A DNA stretch of 64,000 nucleotides. Source: a virus. The position numbers were made by a program, and so were the translations under genes. Below the pieces are notes generated by a model. That model had not been told where the DNA came from. It saw nothing but the letters and a program-made list of their open reading frames with translations, and did no database searches. The stretch is taken from IMG/VR virus record IMGVR_UViG_3300044675_005311, positions 8,653 through 72,652 of that record; one strand, 5' to 3'. Positions 38,917 to 49,093 of this stretch are shown here, piece by piece (the first letter of the stretch is position 1; the number at the start of each line of letters is the position of its first letter).

Positions 38917-39378
38917 ATGGCGGTAACAACTTGGAATATAGCACCCGACTACGACCAATGGGGTAGTGACACTTGGTGGAAATGTGACGAATGGATAGCG
39001 TGGCACAAACGCTTGAAAGAACATTTTGGCTCGGAAAGGGCTAAACTTATTTTTAACTATGCTTACGCCCAAGGTTCGGAATTTTCGGGTCATCGTGATT
39101 GTAGAACTTTCAATAGTGCATTTCGTAAATACGCGAGAGAAGAAGGTTTAGACACTTACGCGAGTGTTACGATTCCTATTTTACCACAAATATTGAATCT
39201 TACGGGTAGTGGTCTTGAATTGCTTGATGACACATCAAATGTTGTATCGGGTATTGGTGAGAGTATTGGGAGTATATTCGGTGGCAATGGCAAAACATTG
39301 AAAGTAATTATTTTTGGCGCATTGGGTTTGTCGGTTGGATATTTAATGTATCGTGGTTATAAATTGGTAAACAAATGA
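38917..39378 (+). CDS. Membrane protein, Trp-rich N-domain
   Basis: C-terminal TM. Confidence 0.7.
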   Translation: MAVTTWNIAPDYDQWGSDTWWKCDEWIAWHKRLKEHFGSERAKLIFNYAYAQGSEFSGHRDCRTFNSAFRKYAREEGLDTYASVTIPILPQILNLTGSGLELLDDTSNVVSGIGESIGSIFGGNGKTLKVIIFGALGLSVGYLMYRGYKLVNK

Positions 39379-39560
39379 ACGAGAATACAAAAACAATATT
39401 GACTTATGTTTCGCTTGGATTAGTAGTAGGTATTGGCGGTGCGGTTTTGTATCGTAGATATAAAATCAAAAAAGGACAATATCAATCAAACGCAAGTACT
39501 AACAAGTTGGATGCGGAAATGGAAGCGTTGTTCAAAAAAATTGAGGAGGTTAAAAAATGA
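39375..39560 (+). CDS. Small TM protein
   Basis: N-terminal TM plus RRYK. Confidence 0.65.
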   Translation: MNENTKTILTYVSLGLVVGIGGAVLYRRYKIKKGQYQSNASTNKLDAEMEALFKKIEEVKK

Positions 39561-40072
39561 AAATCAATAAGAAGTACATATACCCTTTAATCGCCGTCGC
39601 TATTGCGGGTGGCATTTTTTTGTTGGTGACTAAAAAGAAACCCAAAAGTGGTGGCAATGGTAGTACACCGCCCGAACCCCCACAAGATGCTAGTGAAATT
39701 AGTGCGGAACAAAAGAAAATTGATGCGCCTTTAAACACAATATTGGCTAATAAAAATGCCAATGTGCTTATCAAAAACAAAAAGATATTGTCTAAAATTC
39801 CAAATGCAAAGGGTAGATATTCACCTTATGTGAATGATGGTTTTGTAGAGAACATATATGCGAGTGTGGCCAATGCAAATACATTGATAGGTACGGCGGT
39901 TGGTGCGGTGAACGATAAGGGTTCAACAATCAATCCAAGTACAAATAGACCTTTTGTATGGGTGCAAGTTAAATTGTCAAAAGCGGTGTTTGACGCGTTT
40001 CAAGAACAAAGAAGTTTTTACGAACGCGCCGATGAAACCGCATATTTTAGAGAGGACGTAATCAAATTATAA
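39557..40072 (+). CDS. N-terminal TM protein
   Basis: TM plus KKK; soluble domain. Confidence 0.7.
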   Translation: MKINKKYIYPLIAVAIAGGIFLLVTKKKPKSGGNGSTPPEPPQDASEISAEQKKIDAPLNTILANKNANVLIKNKKILSKIPNAKGRYSPYVNDGFVENIYASVANANTLIGTAVGAVNDKGSTINPSTNRPFVWVQVKLSKAVFDAFQEQRSFYERADETAYFREDVIKL

Positions 40073-40073
40073 T

Positions 40074-40748
40074 ATGAAAATTGATAAAAACATAAAATAC
40101 GCTTTGTATTTCGGTGGTGCATTACTTGCAACTTATGTAGTAATAAAACTAGTACAAAATGCCAAAGGTGGTGATGGTGATGCCGATGCTACACCCACGC
40201 CCGAAACACCAACTACACCTAAAAAGATGGGATTAACCCCATTACAAATCAAACAAGAAGAGTTACAATCTTTGTTGGGTTTTGTAGGGGCGGACGTTGA
40301 CCACATTATTGGGAAAAACACCATTTCGGCTTATAACAAGTTGAACTTGGGATTGGGAATTACCCTTTCTCAAACTACGCCTATATCCGATTTGCAAAAA
40401 ATCATCGACACTATCGTTGCCAAAAATAGAAGCGCAAAAGCAAATGCAACGGGAACGGCTTTAAGACAACGCTCGGCGGATATGGTACAAGCGTGGTCAA
40501 AGAACCCAACGGGTGTTTTGAGTGCATTGAGAACAACTAAATTGATTTTGGTGAACTTGGATAAGACAACGAACAAATACGTTGCCACGGCTCAAGCATA
40601 CACTTATAGCCCTAGCGATAAATTCACTAGAGCGCAGTTGGGTGTACTTAGCCAAGCGGTAGGTTTTAACCAACCTTGGTATATCGTATTCAAGAATAGT
40701 AACGGAACAACATTGTTAGCAAATCCAAACGATTGGATTATTAAATAA
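40074..40748 (+). CDS. TM protein with peptidoglycan-binding-like domain
   Basis: LQSLLG...VDHIIGKNTISAY resembles PG_binding_1. Confidence 0.55.
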   Translation: MKIDKNIKYALYFGGALLATYVVIKLVQNAKGGDGDADATPTPETPTTPKKMGLTPLQIKQEELQSLLGFVGADVDHIIGKNTISAYNKLNLGLGITLSQTTPISDLQKIIDTIVAKNRSAKANATGTALRQRSADMVQAWSKNPTGVLSALRTTKLILVNLDKTTNKYVATAQAYTYSPSDKFTRAQLGVLSQAVGFNQPWYIVFKNSNGTTLLANPNDWIIK

Positions 40749-40755
40749 AAACGAA

Positions 40756-41340
40756 ATGGAAATAGATGTATTTTACCAAAACGACGATATGGCCTTTGGC
40801 TTTACGGGTGACGAAAAGCCAATGAATGACGATTATGCGTTCGCAAAAAACGCGATTGACGGATTCGTTGATGTAGACTATTCGTATGCTAATGGTGGGC
40901 CATTTAAACAAAGCGGATTCAACGATGTAAGCGATAGCGTTAATGCTACGGGTCGTGAAGGAGAAGTTGAAAAGTGGTGGCCATTAACGGATGCCGATAA
41001 AAAGGATTGCAAAGTCTTGGAGGGTAAAATGACCGCATTGCAACGCACGATTGCCACCGAAGAAAAGAATATGAGTACTTATAAGGCGGGTGATAAGCGT
41101 GTTAAGCAAGAATACTTGAACCTTTATAAGAAGCGTTTGGATTTTTTTAAGACGGCTTACGATAATGCGGGTTGCGAACTTGCAAAGACGGAAGCGGAAA
41201 ACAAAGAGTTCGATAAGTTATTGAGCCAAGTAACGGGTTCAACCGATAATTCTAAAACGGGTACATACGTCCTTGTTATTGGCGGTGTGTTGGTTTTGGG
41301 TATCGTAGGATTCCTAATGTATAGAAAGTTTAAAAAATAA
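40756..41340 (+). CDS. Membrane protein with acidic N-terminal motif region
   Basis: YSYANGG, VNATG; coiled coil; C-terminal TM. Confidence 0.7.
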   Translation: MEIDVFYQNDDMAFGFTGDEKPMNDDYAFAKNAIDGFVDVDYSYANGGPFKQSGFNDVSDSVNATGREGEVEKWWPLTDADKKDCKVLEGKMTALQRTIATEEKNMSTYKAGDKRVKQEYLNLYKKRLDFFKTAYDNAGCELAKTEAENKEFDKLLSQVTGSTDNSKTGTYVLVIGGVLVLGIVGFLMYRKFKK

Positions 41341-41341
41341 G

Positions 41342-42133
41342 ATGATGAAATTGACTTGGACAAATACGGAGTGGGACAACTTTAGTGGTGTCGCCTCACA
41401 AGATAACTTATTGATGCTTAATGCGGGTAATGACTTTTTAAACGCCACGGGTGACAATACAATGTTGGACGACAAGGAAATCAAACGTAGGATTAATAAT
41501 TTGAATCCGTTGGCTAAAAAAGATACTAAATGGAACATAGTTACCGACCCTACCCAAACTCAAATTAATGGTGCAAAAGACTATTATAACGGGATATTAA
41601 AGTATGATGCAAAAACGTCTTTGGATGTTTTAAATTCATTGTTGGAAAAAGCCAACTACGAAAAAGTACAATGGCAAAACCAAGAAAATACGGGTAAAGA
41701 CGGAATACGATATGCTAACTCGACCGATAAAAGTGAAATTAGCACCATTCAAAGCGCGGGTAAGGCTAAAGCGAATATAAAAGCATTGACCGATTATATC
41801 ATTCCCAATTTAGAAAAGGCTATTGCCCAAGCGGTTGCTCTTAAAGAAAAGGCCGATGCGTTAAAAGCGAAAGCCGAAGCGGATGCTAAAGCAAAAGCGG
41901 AAGCGGATGCTAAAGCAAAAGAAGAGGCGGATGCAAAAGCAAAAATGAAAGGTTTAACCGACCAATTGCTTACCGCTAAAACGCCCGAAGATAGAGCGCG
42001 TATTCAAGCGGAAATTGATGCGTTGGCGGGTAATGTGGCAAAAACAACGGGAACGTCTAAATTAGTTATTTATGCGGTTGCGGGACTTGCTATCATTGGA
42101 GTTGCTTATATGTTGTTAAAAAGAAAAGCGTAA
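41342..42133 (+). CDS. Membrane protein with AKAKAEAD repeats
   Basis: WDNFSG, FLNATG; C-terminal TM. Confidence 0.7.
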   Translation: MMKLTWTNTEWDNFSGVASQDNLLMLNAGNDFLNATGDNTMLDDKEIKRRINNLNPLAKKDTKWNIVTDPTQTQINGAKDYYNGILKYDAKTSLDVLNSLLEKANYEKVQWQNQENTGKDGIRYANSTDKSEISTIQSAGKAKANIKALTDYIIPNLEKAIAQAVALKEKADALKAKAEADAKAKAEADAKAKEEADAKAKMKGLTDQLLTAKTPEDRARIQAEIDALAGNVAKTTGTSKLVIYAVAGLAIIGVAYMLLKRKA

Positions 42134-42399
42134 TGACACAAGATTTTGAAGCATTTTTTGCAAACACGGGTGTTGACGAAGCGAAATTCGCCAACGATGT
42201 AGCCACGGCCAAAACTTTCGGAATGAAGTTTGAAGAAACTTTTAAGCCCGAAATTTCTAGTCGAATTGAAGAAATCAAACAACGCTCGGAAAGGCTTAAC
42301 GCCAAAGAACCCGTTGTGTTAGGATTGCCAAATGGTTTTCTTTACACCCTAATCGGAACGGCTATTGTTTATTTTGCTTGGAAACTAATTTTAGACTAA
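42133..42399 (+). CDS. Membrane protein
   Basis: C-terminal TM. Confidence 0.65.
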   Translation: MTQDFEAFFANTGVDEAKFANDVATAKTFGMKFEETFKPEISSRIEEIKQRSERLNAKEPVVLGLPNGFLYTLIGTAIVYFAWKLILD

Positions 42400-42899
42400 T
42401 GAAAGCGGACAAAGTATTACTAGTAGTCGGTGCGGGACTTGCGGGTGCTACAATCGTGCGATATATCTATCGTAACGTGTTACTAGCAAACCAATGGGAT
42501 TATAGCGTTGATGGGTTTGTATTGACCCAAATAGTTCCCCAAGCGCAAGGTATCGTATATCTTACATTCATCAATAAGAGTAACTTTAAAGCGGTTATCA
42601 AAGACATTGATGTAAAGGTGTTCACCAACAATGCGCAAATCGGTTCTATTACCGAACCCAATGAAACCACTATCGAACCAAACGGCAAGTCAAGGGTTAA
42701 ATTAACTTTATCTTTTGACCCAAAGTCGGTATTGAACAATTGGCGTTCTTTAATAGCAAGTGCATTGACTACCAAGGATGTTCCTTTAGATTTTGTTGGT
42801 ACGTTCAAGGTTAAGACGTTATTCGGATTCACCGCTATTCCTATTCGTTTTTCAACAACGGGAAAAGAGTTGAAGTCGCTTTACGATACTTATTATTAA
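42399..42899 (+). CDS. LEA_2/WHy-domain membrane protein
   Basis: TM, INKSNF...IKDIDVKVFTN..IG...TIEPNGKS. Confidence 0.65.
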   Translation: MKADKVLLVVGAGLAGATIVRYIYRNVLLANQWDYSVDGFVLTQIVPQAQGIVYLTFINKSNFKAVIKDIDVKVFTNNAQIGSITEPNETTIEPNGKSRVKLTLSFDPKSVLNNWRSLIASALTTKDVPLDFVGTFKVKTLFGFTAIPIRFSTTGKELKSLYDTYY

Positions 42900-42904
42900 G
42901 AGTT

Positions 42905-42912
42905 TATATTTG
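42905..42912 (+). promoter_or_regulatory. -7 element TATATTTG
   Basis: Intergenic TAnnTTTG. Confidence 0.6.
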
Positions 42913-42937
42913 TAGTAAATATTTAAAAATATAAGAT

Positions 42938-43339
42938 ATGTTAGGAGAAATGTTTGGAGGTAAGATTGCAAATGACTTTGTTAAAGGCATCAAGTCAATT
43001 GCAAAAACCCACGAAGTAGAGTACACAAATGTTCAAATCCGTTTGACCTTTAGTGGAAATGAGGAAAGTCCAATCAAGTATGAAAAATGCTTAGAATGGC
43101 AACCAAAAGGTGAAGTCACCTACAAGCGCATAATGAATATCAATATGGACTTGTTGGGGCAAGAGAATATGGTTACTCCGATTATTCTACAAAGTATGGT
43201 TAAGCAAGGCGAAGAGAATGAAATAGACCCAAGTGAATTGAGTGTCTATCTTTTTGCAAAGGATGAGAAAATAGGTGTTGCGATATTCAAAGGGTTAACT
43301 CACGTTAAAGTATGCCCTATCGCAAAACTATTTGAATAA
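42938..43339 (+). CDS. Hypothetical protein
   Basis: ORF with upstream promoter. Confidence 0.65.
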   Translation: MLGEMFGGKIANDFVKGIKSIAKTHEVEYTNVQIRLTFSGNEESPIKYEKCLEWQPKGEVTYKRIMNINMDLLGQENMVTPIILQSMVKQGEENEIDPSELSVYLFAKDEKIGVAIFKGLTHVKVCPIAKLFE

Positions 43340-43340
43340 T

Positions 43341-45110
43341 ATGCCACAAGTAACCAAATCACTATCGGGAAATATCGAGGTACTAAGTGCCAACGGGTTG
43401 TCAACTTTTGTAGACGATAACGACGGCCTACTCAAAATCAAAGATACAAATGGTATCGTTCAACCTATAACCGACTACACGGGCGGTGGGAGTGGTGGAG
43501 GTGTTGCGGGTTCATTGAGAACCTATAATTGTTTACCATTGACCTCGTCGCTAACGTGTATTAGTGATGGTTGTGGGAATATAAGCCCACTTAAATTGTC
43601 AACTTGCTTTATGACCAACTATGGTAATGGTGGCGTTACAAGTAATGTGGTTTTTGGAGATGGCGTTTTACAAGCAAATACAACGGGTAGTGAATTGAGC
43701 GCATTCGGTAATGATGCGTTGAAGTGCAATAGTACGGGTACGGCAAATAGCGCGTTTGGTAGAGGGGCATTGTTGTCTACTACAAGCGGTTCTTATAACA
43801 CGGCTTTTGGTGTTGTGGCCTTAGAAAATAATACAACGGGTGCATTAAATAATGCGGTCGGAGTTTCTTCATTACGATACAATACAACGGGTAGTTTTAA
43901 CAATGCTTTTGGTACTTTAGCATTAAGACAAAATACCACGGGTGATAACAACAATGCTTTTGGATTAAGTGCATTACAAAACAATGTATCGGGAACTCAA
44001 AATGTTGCGATAGGTACACAAAGTTTATTGAGTAACACAACGGGTAGCAATAATATTGGAGTAGGTACAGCGTCATTGGGTGCAAATCTTGTGGGTAGTG
44101 GTAATACCGCCGTTGGTAGGAATGCTCTTAGTAGTAATACTAATTCAAGCAATAGTGCATTTGGTTTTTGTGCTTTGACAACTAATTCAAGTGGAGGATT
44201 TAACACGGCAATAGGCACACAATCCTTATTCTCAAATACTACCGCATCTTGTAACACCGCTATGGGCTATCAAGCGGGATATTCAAACACAACCGCCGTT
44301 AACAACTCATTCTTCGGTTCTAATGCGGGTCGTACAAATACCACGGGTGGTGGGAACACCGCAATTGGTACTTGTGCCTTTAATTTGAACTCTACGGGAA
44401 CGGGTAATACGGCATTGGGTTACGTAGCGTTGCAAAACAATACCAACTCGAATAACACGGGTCTTGGCTATCGCTCTCTTATTTGTAACACAAGCGGTTC
44501 TCAAAATACGGGGGTTGGTGTGGATGCTCTTTTTGGCAATACAACCGCATCGGGTAGTGTGGCCGTCGGGTATCAAGCGTTAAATTTTAATAACGCGGAT
44601 TGTAATACCGCCGTAGGTTATCAAGCGGGATTTAACAATAGCACGGGAAGTATTGTTGCTTTTGGCAATAAAGCGGGATTCTCAAATTGTACGGGAATAA
44701 ATAATACCGCAATAGGATTTCAATCGTTGTGTGCAAACAGCACGAACAACAATAATAGCGCAGTGGGGTATCAAGCATTATTATGCACCACTGGCGCTAA
44801 TAACACCGCTTTTGGATATCAAGCAGGTTGTGGCAATACGGGAGGGGGGAGTAATGTTTTTATAGGATTACAAGCGGGGGCTACTAATATGTTGGGGGCA
44901 AGTAATTCACTTCTAGGCTATCAGACAGATACAGGCACGTTTAGCGGTAGTGTTATTTTAGGTCGAAATGCAACAGCAACAGCAAATAACCAATTTGTAG
45001 TAGGTAGTGCTGCAATAAACGCAGGTGCAGTTACGACGGAAGTCAATACCTCTTCTAAAGTATGGAACGTAGTAATTAACGGAGTAGCACAAAAGATTTT
45101 ATTAGCATAA
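43341..45110 (+). CDS. Beta-helical fibre/spike protein (NTAxG repeats), Cys-rich
   Basis: About 14-aa repeats N(T/S)A(F/V/I)GxxAL..NT(T)G. Confidence 0.75.
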   Translation: MPQVTKSLSGNIEVLSANGLSTFVDDNDGLLKIKDTNGIVQPITDYTGGGSGGGVAGSLRTYNCLPLTSSLTCISDGCGNISPLKLSTCFMTNYGNGGVTSNVVFGDGVLQANTTGSELSAFGNDALKCNSTGTANSAFGRGALLSTTSGSYNTAFGVVALENNTTGALNNAVGVSSLRYNTTGSFNNAFGTLALRQNTTGDNNNAFGLSALQNNVSGTQNVAIGTQSLLSNTTGSNNIGVGTASLGANLVGSGNTAVGRNALSSNTNSSNSAFGFCALTTNSSGGFNTAIGTQSLFSNTTASCNTAMGYQAGYSNTTAVNNSFFGSNAGRTNTTGGGNTAIGTCAFNLNSTGTGNTALGYVALQNNTNSNNTGLGYRSLICNTSGSQNTGVGVDALFGNTTASGSVAVGYQALNFNNADCNTAVGYQAGFNNSTGSIVAFGNKAGFSNCTGINNTAIGFQSLCANSTNNNNSAVGYQALLCTTGANNTAFGYQAGCGNTGGGSNVFIGLQAGATNMLGASNSLLGYQTDTGTFSGSVILGRNATATANNQFVVGSAAINAGAVTTEVNTSSKVWNVVINGVAQKILLA

Positions 45111-45133
45111 AAAAAACAAATTAACTTAGCAAT

Positions 45134-45460
45134 ATGACAAATTATACTTGGCTCGTAAACACACTTTGGACACAAACCATTGATGGTGAGCAAAACTATG
45201 TAGTAATCGCTTCTTACGATGTAACGGGCGTAGATGGTACTTACACCGCTTCTTTGGGCAATACCGCTCAATTTTCAACCGCATCCGTGTCGCCTTTCAT
45301 TCCTTACGAGGACTTGACTAATGACATCGTTGTTGGATGGATTCAACAAGAGTTGGGTGAAAATGGAATCATTTCCGTTGAAGCGTGTATTCAAGGGCAA
45401 ATTGATTCTCAAAAGAATCCCCCCGTTTCACCACAAGTGACCCCATTGCCTTGGGCCTAA
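45134..45460 (+). CDS. Fibre-associated small protein (chaperone-like)
   Basis: YTW...FIPYEDLT..IVVGW...LPW, a pattern typical downstream of phage fibres. Confidence 0.6.
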   Translation: MTNYTWLVNTLWTQTIDGEQNYVVIASYDVTGVDGTYTASLGNTAQFSTASVSPFIPYEDLTNDIVVGWIQQELGENGIISVEACIQGQIDSQKNPPVSPQVTPLPWA

Positions 45461-45629
45461 TTGCCCAACAACCGATAAGCCATAGTTATACAAAACGACT
45501 TGCCCACCTTGTTTAAGACATCGTGGGTTTTGTTGTTTATATAGTGTCTATAATATCTTTGGCAATAACGAAATTACTATTGTTTACTTTCTAACTAATT
45601 CATAACTTGCGACATCAAATGTTGCATAT

Positions 45630-46505
45630 ATGAATATTATCTTTCAAATTGATGGGGGATTGGGTAAGTGCATTATGGCTACCGCCATTTGCGAAACAAT
45701 CAAAAGACATCACCCCGAAGCACGACTTATCGTCGTTAGCGGTTATCCCGAAGTGTTTATTAACAACCCTTGGGTTGATAGAACCTACGCTTTCGGCCAA
45801 CAACAATACTTTTACGAAGAGTTTATCGCCAATCAAGAGGTAAAGGTTCACGCCCACAACCCTTATTTGGAAACGGCTCACATTCAACGTAGCGAACACT
45901 TGCTTAAAACTTGGGCAAAAATGTTTGGCTACCAATACAATGGCGAATACCCGCAACTTTATTTCACCAATCGTGAGAAAGAGTTCTTCGCGCAAAAGTA
46001 CACGTCGGATAGGCCGATTATGGTGATTCAAACCAATGGTGGTGCGCCTAACCAAGAAACAAAGTATTCTTGGGCTAGGGATATTCCACAAGCGACGGCT
46101 CAAAAGGTAGTTGACCATTTTGCAAAAGACTATCTAGTATGTCACATTCGTAGGGACGACCAACCCGCATTGAATAATACTATTCAAGTTTCGGACAATT
46201 TCCGTTCTATGTGTGTGCTATTGATGGTGAGTAAAAAGAGGTTGTTGATTGATTCATTCGCCCAACACGCTTGTGCTTCGCTTCACCTACCATCCGTGGT
46301 ATGTTGGATAGGGAATAGCGAAGGTTGTTTCGGTTTTGACACTCACGTCAACATCAAATCAAACCCTTGGACAAAGAAACCCGAATTGCGTAATGCTTAC
46401 CTTGGGTTGTTCGATATTAGCGGAAATCCACTTGAAATTCCTTACACAAACGAATCTGAGATATTCGATGCGGATGTTTTAATTGAGGCCGTAGAGAAAT
46501 TATAA
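45630..46505 (+). CDS. GT9-like glycosyltransferase
   Basis: GGLGKCIMAT, YPEVFINNP, LLIDSFAQHACASL..PSVVCW. Confidence 0.7.
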   Translation: MNIIFQIDGGLGKCIMATAICETIKRHHPEARLIVVSGYPEVFINNPWVDRTYAFGQQQYFYEEFIANQEVKVHAHNPYLETAHIQRSEHLLKTWAKMFGYQYNGEYPQLYFTNREKEFFAQKYTSDRPIMVIQTNGGAPNQETKYSWARDIPQATAQKVVDHFAKDYLVCHIRRDDQPALNNTIQVSDNFRSMCVLLMVSKKRLLIDSFAQHACASLHLPSVVCWIGNSEGCFGFDTHVNIKSNPWTKKPELRNAYLGLFDISGNPLEIPYTNESEIFDADVLIEAVEKL

Positions 46506-47083
46506 TGGAAAACGAGGTTTGGAAAGACGTTGCCATTGAGCCTTGGGGTGAATTTTACCAAGTAAGTAATTTAGGTAGGGTTCGTTCAAAACAAAGAAGG
46601 GGTGTAAAAAAATATAAAAATGGATTAGAGCAAAAGTTTCTTGTAAAATCAAAAATTTTGAAAAATAGATTTTTACTTGGTTATGACCGAGTTAATTTTT
46701 ATCATAAAAACTATGGTTACAAGCATTATTTTGTACATAGAATCATATATATGACTTTTGTAGGCAATCCAATCAATAATAATATGCAAATCAATCATAA
46801 AAATGGAAACAAAAGTGATAATCGGTTGGAAAATTTAGAGTGGGTAACTCCGTCGGATAATATTTATCACGCATATAATAATGGTCTCATAAAAAAGAGA
46901 TTTGGTAAAGACAACTATGCGTCAAAAAGAGTTCAACAACTATCTATTGATGGGCAATTGATACAAGAATTTGACGCAATTAACGATATAAAAAGGATTA
47001 CAAAATTTGATGGTCATTATATTATTAGTGCATTAAAAGGTAGACGGGCAACCGCTTACGGATTCAAATGGAAATATATTTAA
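46505..47083 (+). mobile_element. Free-standing NUMOD4-HNH homing endonuclease
   Basis: EVWKDV..YQVSNLGRVRS, VHR, INHKNGNKSDNRLENLEW, TAYGFKW; more AT-rich than neighbours. Confidence 0.85.
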
Positions 47084-47086
47084 GAT

Positions 47087-47908
47087 ATGGTAGAAGAAAT
47101 ATTTTTTAACTCTAGCCTACCCCGAAGTGGGTCGACTTTGATTCAAAACATCCTTGCAACACGCGAGGATATGTACGCCTCCCCAACAGAAGGCCTTTTG
47201 GAGTTGTGGTATGGTGCGCGCGCCAACTACACGGAGAGTCCCGAATTTAAAGCGCAAGATTCCGAAACAATGAAACGAGCGTTTGCAAGTTTTTGTTATG
47301 AAGGTTCATTCGGGTTTTATCGTGCAATTACGGACAAGAAGTATGTAATAAGCAAAAGTAGAGGGTACGGAATTTATCGACCTTTCATCGAAACCTTTAT
47401 GGAAAACCCCAAGGTCATTTGTATGGTTCGTGACCTACGCGACGTATTTAATTCGTATGAGAAAATTTATCGCCGTAGCCCCGAACGACACGATGGAATT
47501 GTTAACCACGCGCAAATGACGGGAACGACGACACCAAAACGGATTGATGTATGGGCAAATAGCCAACCTATCGGCCTCGCTATTGAACGCTTATCGGAAA
47601 TCATACGCCAAGGGTACGATAGTAAAATATTGTTTGTTAAATACGAGGATTTATGTTTACATCCCGAAAATGAATTATTCCGCATTGAAGAGTACCTAGG
47701 TATTCCACACGCTAAATATGATTTTGACAATATCCCACAATTAACGAAGGAAGAGGATGGCGCGTTCGGCATAGAAGGTTTGCACACTATTAGACAAAAG
47801 GTCGAGCCGTTAATTAGCGATGCTAAACAAGTGTTGGGTCGCGATGTAACGAATTGGATTTTCGATAATTACAAATGGTTTTACGATTACTTTAGATATT
47901 CAAAATGA
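47087..47908 (+). CDS. Sulfotransferase
   Basis: SLPRSGSTL (5'-PSB), MVRDLRDVFNS (3'-PB), VKYEDL. Confidence 0.85.
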   Translation: MVEEIFFNSSLPRSGSTLIQNILATREDMYASPTEGLLELWYGARANYTESPEFKAQDSETMKRAFASFCYEGSFGFYRAITDKKYVISKSRGYGIYRPFIETFMENPKVICMVRDLRDVFNSYEKIYRRSPERHDGIVNHAQMTGTTTPKRIDVWANSQPIGLAIERLSEIIRQGYDSKILFVKYEDLCLHPENELFRIEEYLGIPHAKYDFDNIPQLTKEEDGAFGIEGLHTIRQKVEPLISDAKQVLGRDVTNWIFDNYKWFYDYFRYSK

Positions 47909-48270
47909 TAACACTAGGAAACAAAGTGGTGATGGTTCGTTTCAATACGGACTATCCCGAAAATTCGCCAAAGAAATGGCGCGTATTGGTCGGAGAAGTA
48001 ATCTTTGACGAAGAACTAAAAGTTGAAAGACTTCTTGAAGGTGAAGCGTATTTGGTTGACCACGTTAAATCAATTTGCGAAATGACTACTTGGAGTGGAA
48101 TTGTACCGAGCGGGGCGTTCAAACACCATTTATTGCTTATGGGCGAACACTTTGATGTTAGAGAAGATGAGCAAGGGCAATTGATGGCTATCGTTGGTAC
48201 TATCAAGCAAGAAGAGGCCAAAGAAGAACCTACGCCCGTAAATCCCGAACTAGAACTAGACGCGGAATGA
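47905..48270 (+). CDS. Hypothetical protein
   Basis: Coupled ORF; VRFNT...WRV. Confidence 0.6.
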   Translation: MITLGNKVVMVRFNTDYPENSPKKWRVLVGEVIFDEELKVERLLEGEAYLVDHVKSICEMTTWSGIVPSGAFKHHLLLMGEHFDVREDEQGQLMAIVGTIKQEEAKEEPTPVNPELELDAE

Positions 48271-48752
48271 TTTTAGCGTTCATCGGACAACCTACGAGTG
48301 GCAAAACCACGTTGTGCAAAGCATTTTTCGCTTGGATTAAAACCAAGGGTAATTTCCCCGTGCGTACTCATTACATTGACGGCGACAAACTTCGTTTGAT
48401 TTTCCAAAACAAAAATTACACACGCGAGGGTAGGATGCAAAACCTTACCCTTGCTTCTAATATCGCCAAATACGAAAAGTCTTTGAATGACATAGTAATA
48501 ATGGCGTTGGTGTACCCATACAAAGAGGCTAGAGAGCATTTGCGGTCGTTGGGTGAACACGTTGTAACTATTTACTTGGAGTACGATAAGAACGAAAATA
48601 GAGGCCGTGAATCGTTTTGGGTAGAGGACTTTGAATCACCATTAGGCGAAGAGAATGTTTACACGATTAACACGAGTGAAAATAATGAGAGTGAAGCCTT
48701 GCAAGAGGTAATTAACATTTACAAATTACATATTAGACATATAAAAAGATGA
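48267..48752 (+). CDS. cysC: Adenylyl-sulfate kinase
   Basis: GQPTSGKTT, IDGDKLR, YTREGRMQN, VYPY...R, FESP. Confidence 0.8.
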   Translation: MILAFIGQPTSGKTTLCKAFFAWIKTKGNFPVRTHYIDGDKLRLIFQNKNYTREGRMQNLTLASNIAKYEKSLNDIVIMALVYPYKEAREHLRSLGEHVVTIYLEYDKNENRGRESFWVEDFESPLGEENVYTINTSENNESEALQEVINIYKLHIRHIKR

Positions 48753-49093
48753 ATAAAAGATACGCATTGTTCGTAGGAAGATACCAAATGCCCCATAAGG
48801 GACATCGGTATTTGTTTGAAACTAAAATTAACCAAGGAATCCCCGTTTTGATAGCCATTCGGGATGTACCAACGGATGAAAAAAACCCATTCACCGCCGA
48901 AGAGGTGGAACGAATGCTACACAAAGAGTTTTTTGACCATTTAATTTCGGGAATGATGAAAATCATTGTTATTCCCGACATCATAGCAATATGCTATGGT
49001 AGAGAGGTTGGCTACTCAATTGAACACATTGAAGCACCCGAAGAAATTAAAGCCATTAGTGCCACCCAATTACGCAAAGAAGCGGGATTGTGA
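48749..49093 (+). CDS. Small HxGH nucleotidyltransferase (cytidylyltransferase-like; possible minimal ATP sulfurylase)
   Basis: GRYQMPHKGH, NPF, YGREVGY, ISATQLR. Confidence 0.7.
   Translation: MNKRYALFVGRYQMPHKGHRYLFETKINQGIPVLIAIRDVPTDEKNPFTAEEVERMLHKEFFDHLISGMMKIIVIPDIIAICYGREVGYSIEHIEAPEEIKAISATQLRKEAGL

Noticed and set aside
41865-41945. 24-bp tandem repeat
   Set aside because: Encodes an ordinary AKAKAEAD helical linker
46505-47083. Group I intron around the HNH endonuclease
   Set aside because: HNH gene abuts complete flanking genes (TAATG overlap, 3-nt gap), leaving no room for an intron core
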